DNA of 64,000 bases from Candidatus Omnitrophota bacterium (GTDB lineage: Bacteria; Omnitrophota; Gorgyraeia; Zapsychrales; JAKLDJ01). The notes under the pieces were generated by a model, which was given only the letters and a program-made list of their open reading frames with translations, was not told the origin of the DNA and searched no databases. The stretch covers positions 54,891 to 118,890 of the forward strand of contig JAKLDJ010000001.1 in assembly GCA_022703585.1 (NCBI GenBank), read 5' to 3'. Of the stretch, positions 57,145 to 64,000 are shown in pieces. How positions within the stretch are numbered: position 1 is the first letter of the stretch; each line of letters opens with the position of its first letter. The position numbers and the translations under genes are program-made.

Positions 57145-58245
57145 CTAAATCTTCGCCGCTTCTTTAATAACCCCGCCGCCTAAAACCACATCATCTTGAT
57201 AAAACACAACCGACTGGCCCGGGGTAATCGATTTTTGCGGCTCCTTAAACTCGACTAACGCGTGCCCGTCTTCATGTAAAGTCAGACGGGCTTTTACCTC
57301 AGGATGATTATAGCGGATTTTTGCTTTTATAGAAATGGTATTTCTGGGTAAATTATCCGTTAAGAAATTAAGCTGCCCCGCGATAAGAGAACGGGCATAG
57401 AGATTGGAAACGTCCCCCACATAAACAGTGTTGGCCGCTTTGTCGATTCTATAGACATAGACCGGCCGGCCCAAGGCAATCCCCAACTTATCTCTCTGGC
57501 CGATCGTGTACCGGGCAATACCTTTATGCTGGCCGACAATGTTGCCGCCGCTATCCTTAAATGGGCCCGGCACGATCATTTTTTGTTCAATCCTATCTTC
57601 GATAAATTTTTGATACCCTCCGTCGGGAACAAAACATATATCCTGACTGGCCGGCTTTTCGGCATTAGGTAATTTGTATTTGCGGGCCAATATCCGCACC
57701 TGCTGCTTGGTTAGATTGCCCAACGGAAACAGGACAAAAGGCAAAATCTTTTTCTTCACACTATAGAGAAAATAGGTCTGATCCTTAAGCGTGTCCTTGC
57801 CTTTTTTTAACTCAAATCGTTGTGACGCTTTATCATACTCTATCCTGGCATAGTGTCCGGTGGCCAAATAATCCCCGCCGATTTCTCGGATCCGGTCAAA
57901 AAGCGCCCCGAATTTAAGATACCGGTTGCATTGGACGCAAGGATTGGGTGTCCTGCCGCTTAAATATTCGCTGGTAAAATTCGCGATAACATGTTGATCG
58001 ATTTCTTTGGCAAAATTAAAGACATAGTGCGCAATGCCGAGGGTATACGCCGCGCGCTTGGCATCCTGAATTCCGTCTGCGCCGCAACAAGAAGGTTTTT
58101 TACTCTTGGGATGGCTGATATTAAAGCACATCGTGACTCCGACGACATCGTAACCAGCCTCCTTCATCATCCCGGCCACGACCGAAGAGTCCACCCCTCC
58201 GCTCATCCCTACGTAAACTTTTTTCTTTTTATTGTGGACGTTCAT
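57145..58245 (-). CDS. mnmA: tRNA-specific 2-thiouridylase
   Basis: PP-loop VYVGMSGGVDSSV. Conserved Cys residues. Confidence 0.9.
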   Translation of the reverse strand: MNVHNKKKKVYVGMSGGVDSSVVAGMMKEAGYDVVGVTMCFNISHPKSKKPSCCGADGIQDAKRAAYTLGIAHYVFNFAKEIDQHVIANFTSEYLSGRTPNPCVQCNRYLKFGALFDRIREIGGDYLATGHYARIEYDKASQRFELKKGKDTLKDQTYFLYSVKKKILPFVLFPLGNLTKQQVRILARKYKLPNAEKPASQDICFVPDGGYQKFIEDRIEQKMIVPGPFKDSGGNIVGQHKGIARYTIGQRDKLGIALGRPVYVYRIDKAANTVYVGDVSNLYARSLIAGQLNFLTDNLPRNTISIKAKIRYNHPEVKARLTLHEDGHALVEFKEPQKSITPGQSVVFYQDDVVLGGGVIKEAAKI

Positions 58246-60263
58246 AGCGCTTCCGTTACAGCTTTAATGGCGCAATAAGTACCTGTAAGCAATGTTTTTA
58301 ATTCAGCCGTTGAAATCGCCAAAGGCGGCATCAAAACAATCACATTGCCCAAGGGGCGTAAAATAATGCCGTGTTCCCTGGCTTCCCGGCAAACCTTCAC
58401 GCCTGTCTTTTCCTGCCAAGGATAGGGCTCATTGGTTTTTCTGTCACGGACAAGTTCTATGCCGATCATAAAACCCTTTTGTCGGACTTCGCCGACATGA
58501 TTTAGATTATAAAACTTTCTTAATTCCCGGCTCAAGAATTTTATTTTAGGCTGAAGTTTTTTAAGCGTATGCTCTTTTTTAAAGATATCCAAATTCGCCA
58601 GTGCCGCCGCACAGGCTAAGGGATTTGCAGTATAGGTATGACCGTGAAAAAAAGTCTTCTGCTCCTTGTAATCGAATAGAAATCCTTTAAACACGCGTTC
58701 GGTAACCAGCGTTGCCGCCAAAGGAATATAGCCGGCGGTCAGCCCTTTGGCCAGACACATAAAATCTGGCGTGACGCCCTCGTGTTCACAGGCAAACATC
58801 TTTCCCGTCCGCCCGAAACCGGCAGCCACCTCGTCGGCAATCAGGAAGACATCATATCGGTCGCATAGCCGTCGGATTTCTTTAAGCATGCCCTCGGGCC
58901 AAAGAAGCATCCCGGCCGCTCCCTGAATAAGCGGTTCGATAACAACGGAACAAACAGAATCGTGATTCTTTATCAAAAATGATTTAAGATTCTTTAAATG
59001 CGGCGCCTTGATTTTGACCGCATCAAAAATAAGGCCTTTGTAAACTTTGTGGAATAGCTCAATCCCTCCGACACTGACGCTGCCGAGCGTATCGCCGTGG
59101 TAGGAGTTTTCAAAATAGATTATTTTGTTCTTCTTTTTATTGCCGATATTCTGCCAGTACTGATAAGACATTTTTAAGGCGATCTCGACTGCCGTCGAAC
59201 CATTATCCGAGTAGAAAACTTTTGTCAAGCCCTTGGGGGCGATTTCAATTAAACGTTTAGCTAATTTAACCGCCGGCTCATTAGAAAGCCCTAAGAATGT
59301 CGAATGGCTGACCTTCCGCATTTGCGCTTCAATGGCTGCGTCCATTTTCGGATGCCGATGCCCATGAACATTCACCCAAAGGCTGGAAACTCCGTCTAAA
59401 AACAAACGGCCTTGCGTATCTTTTAAATAACAACCTCTTCCCTCTTCAATAATCAACGGCTCTTCCTTAAGCCAATCTTGCATTTGGGTAAATGGATGCC
59501 AGACGTACTTTTTATCCCACCGGGCGAGCTGCCGGGTTGCTGGGTTTATTGGGTTTATTGGGTTTCTTGAGTTCTTTGAGTTTATTGCGTCGCTTAAGAA
59601 GGGGTCCAAATTTATCTTGGAAGAGCATTTACGGATGACAGTCGTCCTATCAATCGCTTCTAAATGCGGAATGATGCCTAAGACCGGCACGCCGGTTAAT
59701 TTCGCTATAATTTTCGGGTTAGTTTTTTCCGGGAGCCCCGATTTCGAAGAATCCGTCTGGCTCAGAATAATTCCGCGCACGTTAATCCCCCGACGCTGAG
59801 CTTCTTTGACTGTTAAAAGCGTATGATTAATCGCGCCTAAACCTAGCCGCGAAACGATAATGGCGCCTAATTCTAAATCGCGGATTAAATCGCAAACTAA
59901 ATAATTTTCTTTAATAGGCACCAGGAGGCCCCCGGCGCCTTCAACGATTAAAAAGTCATGCTTCAGTTGAAGGCGCCGGAACATCTCAATAATTCGACCG
60001 ACCTTAATCTTAATTTTCGCCCGCTTAAACGCCAAATGAGGCGACAACGGCTCAGGCGCACGGTAAGGATTAATTTCACTTAAAGAATCGCCTACTCCCA
60101 AGGACTTTCTTAGAAACTGCGCATCATTGCCCGCACACTGGACAGGTTTCATTATGCCGATGTCGATACCTTTTTCCTGCAAAAGTACGCCTAGGACAAA
60201 CGAGGCAATCGTTTTGCCGGCTCCGGTATCAGTTGCGGTTATAAAAATAGACTTGCTTTTCAT
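58242..60263 (-). CDS. bioDA: Bifunctional dethiobiotin synthetase / 7,8-diaminopelargonic acid aminotransferase (BioD-BioA fusion)
   Basis: N-terminal BioD P-loop ATDTGAGKT. Linker NPINPINP. C-terminal class-III aminotransferase (BioA) region. Confidence 0.8.
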   Translation of the reverse strand: MKSKSIFITATDTGAGKTIASFVLGVLLQEKGIDIGIMKPVQCAGNDAQFLRKSLGVGDSLSEINPYRAPEPLSPHLAFKRAKIKIKVGRIIEMFRRLQLKHDFLIVEGAGGLLVPIKENYLVCDLIRDLELGAIIVSRLGLGAINHTLLTVKEAQRRGINVRGIILSQTDSSKSGLPEKTNPKIIAKLTGVPVLGIIPHLEAIDRTTVIRKCSSKINLDPFLSDAINSKNSRNPINPINPATRQLARWDKKYVWHPFTQMQDWLKEEPLIIEEGRGCYLKDTQGRLFLDGVSSLWVNVHGHRHPKMDAAIEAQMRKVSHSTFLGLSNEPAVKLAKRLIEIAPKGLTKVFYSDNGSTAVEIALKMSYQYWQNIGNKKKNKIIYFENSYHGDTLGSVSVGGIELFHKVYKGLIFDAVKIKAPHLKNLKSFLIKNHDSVCSVVIEPLIQGAAGMLLWPEGMLKEIRRLCDRYDVFLIADEVAAGFGRTGKMFACEHEGVTPDFMCLAKGLTAGYIPLAATLVTERVFKGFLFDYKEQKTFFHGHTYTANPLACAAALANLDIFKKEHTLKKLQPKIKFLSRELRKFYNLNHVGEVRQKGFMIGIELVRDRKTNEPYPWQEKTGVKVCREAREHGIILRPLGNVIVLMPPLAISTAELKTLLTGTYCAIKAVTEAL

Positions 60264-60264
60264 A

Positions 60265-60328
60265 TGATCGAATTTCAGCTATCAGTCATCAGCTTTCAGC
60301 AGCTGATAGCTGACAGCTGAGAGCTGGA
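60265..60328 (-). other. Extended imperfect palindrome (tcagctatcagtcatcagc...gctgatagctgacagctga) between bioC and bioD/A
   Basis: Seen directly in sequence. Intercistronic stem-loop of unknown role. Confidence 0.3.
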
Positions 60329-61117
60329 CTACTTTCTTGCCCTTGCCCACACCACTTCAAACGTCGCATAAATCCTGCCCTTATCGTCGCTAAAATTCTT
60401 CGCATAAAAATCATTAATGCCGGTCAATTGCTTCTTGCCCACAAATAAATTCTTTCCCGCCGTATTGGCACCGATGGTTTTAAGCCATTTGAGCAGAACC
60501 GTCGCCGCCGGGAAATAAGCTTTCATAGTTTCGGTCTTTACCTGAAAATCACAAAATCCGCTGTGCATAACGGCATTAGCAATATCTTCTTTGCCGGACA
60601 TTTTTGCCGCAGAAAAAGACGATCTCTCCATTCCCTTCATCCCGCTGCCTTCAATCGAAGAAAATAACTCCCCCAGCGTTTGAGGCCCGAACGAGCTAAG
60701 ATAAAATGCCCCGCCATCTTTAAGAACATTAAAAACTCTTTCAAAAGCCCCGGACAGGTCATCCACCCATTGATATGCCAAATTAGAGACAACCATGTCG
60801 AAAGTATTTTCTTTAAAAGGAAGTTTTCTCGCATCAGCCTGGATAATCCGGAAGTAGGGATTTCTTTTACGCGCATATTCAATCATGCCGTCGGAGAAAT
60901 CCATTCCAAAAATTTCGGCATTCGGAAATTGGGCACAAAGATTTTCCGTCAGCGCCCCTGTCCCCATGCCGATATCAAGAATGCTTTGCGGTTTCTCGTG
61001 GGCAATCGTCTTAAGCAAACGAAATCCCACTGATTGCTGCAGAGTCGCCAGCTGGTCATAATGCACGGCGGCTTTAGAGAATGCCCGCTGGACTCTTTGA
61101 GTAATCGTTTGTGTCAT
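60329..61117 (-). CDS. bioC: Malonyl-ACP O-methyltransferase
   Basis: SAM-MTase motif I ILDIGMGTG, BioC-like size (262 aa), position in bio operon. Confidence 0.75.
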   Translation of the reverse strand: MTQTITQRVQRAFSKAAVHYDQLATLQQSVGFRLLKTIAHEKPQSILDIGMGTGALTENLCAQFPNAEIFGMDFSDGMIEYARKRNPYFRIIQADARKLPFKENTFDMVVSNLAYQWVDDLSGAFERVFNVLKDGGAFYLSSFGPQTLGELFSSIEGSGMKGMERSSFSAAKMSGKEDIANAVMHSGFCDFQVKTETMKAYFPAATVLLKWLKTIGANTAGKNLFVGKKQLTGINDFYAKNFSDDKGRIYATFEVVWARARK

Positions 61118-61920
61118 GCCGTCTTTAAGAAATCTTCCAGAACTGCATTAAACTCATGCGGCTTACTTAAAAAAGGGAAATGGCCGCAGCCCGCAAAATC
61201 ATCAAAGCGCGCCCGAGGCAACATTGCTCTTAAAAACCCTACTGTCTCACGGTTGCAAATCGTGTCCCCGGTACCGTTAATAAACTGCACCGGCACGGTA
61301 ACGCTCTTTAAAACATCCCTCAAATCCTCTTGCTCCAAAATATCCAGATACTCCAGCAGGGCCTCGCGCATCGGCGCCTGGTCGTTCTGCCGGAATCTTT
61401 GCAGCCATTTAAACCGGCGGCTGGCACGCTCCTCTTTCGTAAAAAGAGAACGGAAAAATATATTGATTACCGACGGGAAAGTCGTGCGGAGTTGTTGCCC
61501 GAGCTTGCGTATTTGCGCCACATCCAACCCAAACGGATAATCCCGGGATTTAGAAAATTTGGGCATGGAGCCGACGAAGATAATTTTCTTTATGTTCGAC
61601 GCGCAGGCCTGGTAAAGCCTTAAACTAAAAATACCGCCAATGGAACTGGCCACAATGGTGATTTCCCTAATCTGCAAACCATCTAAAATCGACTTTAAAT
61701 CCTGCGCCATCACGGATAAAGAAACCTTTTGCCAACTGCTTTCCCCGTGGCCGGGCAAATCAATAGTCAAAACTTTATATCCTTGCGAAAAATATTTAGA
61801 CTGCTGGCGCCAAATCCTTTTGTCCACTCCCCAGCCATGGAGAAACAAAAGAAATTCGCTGCCCTCACCTTCAAGGTCATAGTGCCAAATGATTCCGCTA
61901 GGTGTTTTTAAGGTAGGCAT
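61114..61920 (-). CDS. bioH: Pimeloyl-ACP methyl ester esterase (BioH-like alpha/beta hydrolase)
   Basis: Alpha/beta hydrolase with FLHGWG... and catalytic SxG region. Position between bioF and bioC. Confidence 0.6.
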   Translation of the reverse strand: MPTLKTPSGIIWHYDLEGEGSEFLLFLHGWGVDKRIWRQQSKYFSQGYKVLTIDLPGHGESSWQKVSLSVMAQDLKSILDGLQIREITIVASSIGGIFSLRLYQACASNIKKIIFVGSMPKFSKSRDYPFGLDVAQIRKLGQQLRTTFPSVINIFFRSLFTKEERASRRFKWLQRFRQNDQAPMREALLEYLDILEQEDLRDVLKSVTVPVQFINGTGDTICNRETVGFLRAMLPRARFDDFAGCGHFPFLSKPHEFNAVLEDFLKTA

Positions 61921-63119
61921 TAAATTAAACTCAACTCCTTTCCTGTTTTCATAAATTTCTCAACCGCTAAATCTAAATCGTTGCACGAATGTGTCGCCAT
62001 AACCGTCACCCGAAGCCGACTGGTATTGACCGGTACCGTCGGAGGACGAATGGCCTGGACAAAAATCCCTTCCGCAAGAAGTCTTCTAGAAAATTCAACT
62101 GCCAGTTTCGATTCTTTGGCTAAAACCGGGATAATCGGTGTTTGTGAGCCCAGTGTATCAAATCCGAGATCGTCTAATTTCTTTTTTAGATATTTCGTAT
62201 TCTCCCATAATTTTTCACGCCTTTGTGGTTCATTTTCAATAATTTCAATAGCCTTTAAAGACGCCGCGGCAATCGCCGGCGGCAAGGCGGTCGAGTAAAT
62301 AAAGCTGCGAGATTTATTTACCAGAAAATCAATCAGCTCTTGCGAGCCGCAAACATAGGCACCAAAACTTCCCACGGCCTTGCTCAACGTCCCCATCTGG
62401 ATATCTATCTTTCCGTCCAGGCCAAGATATTCGACCGCACCTTTGCCTTTTTCTCCCAGGACGCCAAAGGCATGGGCTTCATCAACCATCACCCAGGCAT
62501 CGTATTGTTCCGCAAGTCTGGAAATTTCGCTTAAAGGCGTGATGTCTCCGTCCATGCTGAAAACCGTGTCTGTAATAATAGCGCGTTTCTTAAAGCCTCC
62601 GGCGTTTTTAAGAAAGCCTTCCAGCGCCTGCACATCTTTATGCGGATAGCGCTTAAATTCCGCCCCGCTTAAAATAATTCCGTCAACAATCGAGGCGTGG
62701 TTAAGTTTATCCGAGAAAATAATATCCCCTCGGCCAAAGAGCCCCGAGATAATTCCTACATTGGCCGCGTAGCCGCTGTTAAAAACAAGACAACTTTCAA
62801 CCCCTTTAAATTGGGCTATCTTTCTCTCAAGCCGCCTATGGGCGCTCATATTACCACACACCAGCCTCGAAGCGCCGGATCCCAGGCCCTCTTTTTTAAT
62901 GCATTCAATCGCCGCTTGGCACAAACGCTCGTCATCTGCCAGGCCCAAATAATTATTAGAACAAAAATTCAAGACTTCTTTGCCGTTAAGCATAATCCTG
63001 GCATTTTGCGGCCCGTCGAGACTTTTAAGCTCACGCTTGAGGCCTTTTTGGGCAAGATCATCCAGGATGTTTTTAAGAAAATTGTCTTTTATCATTTGAG
63101 ACACCAGGCTAAAAATCAA
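61920..63119 (-). CDS. bioF: 8-amino-7-oxononanoate synthase
   Basis: PLP-dependent AONS/SPT family. PLP-lysine region GTLSKAVGSFGAY. Confidence 0.85.
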   Translation of the reverse strand: MIFSLVSQMIKDNFLKNILDDLAQKGLKRELKSLDGPQNARIMLNGKEVLNFCSNNYLGLADDERLCQAAIECIKKEGLGSGASRLVCGNMSAHRRLERKIAQFKGVESCLVFNSGYAANVGIISGLFGRGDIIFSDKLNHASIVDGIILSGAEFKRYPHKDVQALEGFLKNAGGFKKRAIITDTVFSMDGDITPLSEISRLAEQYDAWVMVDEAHAFGVLGEKGKGAVEYLGLDGKIDIQMGTLSKAVGSFGAYVCGSQELIDFLVNKSRSFIYSTALPPAIAAASLKAIEIIENEPQRREKLWENTKYLKKKLDDLGFDTLGSQTPIIPVLAKESKLAVEFSRRLLAEGIFVQAIRPPTVPVNTSRLRVTVMATHSCNDLDLAVEKFMKTGKELSLI

Positions 63120-63183
63120 TACTTTAGCTATTATCCTAACAAAAATCCCTTTATGGGAATAATCATAAAGGGACTTCTTTGTA

Positions 63184-63217
63184 TTGTCAACCGGATTATA
63201 AATATGAGTTTACATTG
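63184..63217 (-). promoter_or_regulatory. BirA operator (bioO) overlapping the bio promoter
   Basis: Minus-strand TGTAAAC-N15-GTTGACA, the classical TTGTAAACC/GGTTTACAA half-sites. Spacer contains TTTATAAT (-10). Lies 65-100 bp upstream of the bioF ATG. Confidence 0.55.
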
Positions 63218-63266
63218 AAGGAACGAGAGCTCTTGGTGGCAGGGATCGCCCCCTCTTTCTTAACAC

Positions 63267-63620
63267 CTAAAGATCCCGCGGCCCCCCGGAGAAATACCCG
63301 AGATTCTGACCTTCCTTTTTATATTCGAGCGGCGTCATTTTCTTAACAACTTCAGCAATATTGCCGGGAAGCGTGTAGTAAATACGCACCCGCTCGCCCG
63401 CCTGAAACTCTTTTATATCGCTACTGACATAAATAAAACTCCGCAACTCCCTCTCTTCTTCGTCGTATATCGTAATCGTGTTGCGCTTTATATCTTTAAT
63501 AACGCCCGTGGCCTTGCCCTGGCCCCTGATGGAGTTGATAATCCTTGAGTCATCCGCCGCAGCAACACCGACGAAGACAAAAGTCGAAAGAGTTAAAAGA
63601 AGCAAAATATTTTTAACCAT
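63267..63620 (-). CDS. Hypothetical secreted protein (117 aa)
   Basis: Start MVKNILLLLTLSTFVFVGVAAA (signal peptide). Confidence 0.45.
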   Translation of the reverse strand: MVKNILLLLTLSTFVFVGVAAADDSRIINSIRGQGKATGVIKDIKRNTITIYDEEERELRSFIYVSSDIKEFQAGERVRIYYTLPGNIAEVVKKMTPLEYKKEGQNLGYFSGGPRDL

Positions 63621-63705
63621 CAACGCCTCTCTTTCCCAGCGTCGGGCTCTGTGCATCATCGACTAATTTCAGGATCCGGAAAACAGGAGTCTGGCAGCCA
63701 AGAGA

Positions 63706-63957
63706 TTATTTTACTAATCTATTATAAACCCAGGCGAAGACCGCACCGCAAATGGCCCCGTCAACAAGGCCCCAGGCCAAACCGATGAGGCTTCCCATAG
63801 GAGTAACCGTGTAGCCAAAATAGAATTTTCCGATAATAGCGAGGTCATCGGACTTGCCGCCAAAAGCAATAAGCCACCACGTCATCAAAAAAAGATACGC
63901 TGCCCAGACAATGGCACAGGTCAAAGCAAAGGCCTTCACGCTTAGCTTCATATTCAA
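63706..63957 (-). CDS. Small hydrophobic membrane protein (83 aa)
   Basis: Two predicted TM helices (Trp/Gly-rich). Confidence 0.4.
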   Translation of the reverse strand: MNMKLSVKAFALTCAIVWAAYLFLMTWWLIAFGGKSDDLAIIGKFYFGYTVTPMGSLIGLAWGLVDGAICGAVFAWVYNRLVK

Positions 63958-64000
63958 TCCCCTTTTTAATAATACTTGGCCACCTAAGCTTAAAATCAGC

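Noticed and set aside
59540-59590. Tandem gggtttattg DNA repeat as a mobile or satellite element
   Set aside because: It is in frame inside the bioD-bioA fusion and encodes the NPINPINP inter-domain linker.
60265-60328. Palindrome as the BirA operator
   Set aside because: Lacks TGTAAACC/GGTTTACA half-sites. The genuine BirA box is upstream of bioF at 63184-63217.

Overview
This 64 kb chromosomal window is very gene-dense: about 70 genes, all but two on the minus strand, from a Gram-negative-type bacterium. Envelope and secretion functions dominate.

Genes in order (left to right on the plus axis):
- A partial B12-binding radical SAM gene with a small 4-Cys protein and a CheY-like receiver upstream of it.
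- A PAS histidine kinase / FixJ-type response-regulator pair.
- Two paralogous 52-aa zinc-ribbon genes with a conserved promoter and 5'-UTR hairpin.
- A CsgG-like lipoprotein trio.
- An RlmI-like rRNA methyltransferase.
- A patatin lipoprotein.
- A TetR-controlled RND efflux operon (membrane fusion protein, RND permease, outer membrane factor).
- tRNA-His, followed by three tandem internally deleted tRNA-His-like repeat units.
- An AsmA/DUF748-like gene and tRNA-Arg(TCT).
- Two giant secreted proteins (FN3 plus dockerin-like repeats; LamG plus a hydrolase-like domain).
- A TPR lipoprotein, a DcrB-like lipoprotein and TerC.
- tRNA-Pro(TGG) with two nested 3'-fragment pseudo-copies.
- A 953-aa AsmA-family protein.
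- rdgB, a thermonuclease, tandem-domain thyX, rph, the preQ1 operon queD-queC-queE-queF, murI and an AmiC-type amidase.
- A long type II secretion / type IV pilus-like cluster: secretin, PilP-like, ExeA-like ATPase, MerR-like regulator, PilO, a PilM-PilN fusion, GspK/J/I/H/G pseudopilins, GspF and GspE.
- fur-feoA-feoB plus a FeoB-associated Cys-rich peptide.
- pgi, a CBS protein and mnmA.
- A biotin operon bioF-bioH-bioC-(bioD/bioA fusion) with a recognisable BirA operator.

The most interesting feature is two sequence-related c-di-GMP-I (GEMM) type riboswitch candidates, each followed by an intrinsic terminator and an RBS. One is inside the pilus/T2SS cluster, upstream of a 117-aa unknown gene and gspF plus the pseudopilins. 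The other is upstream of the 979-aa secreted LamG/hydrolase-like protein, which also carries an RBS-sequestering hairpin.
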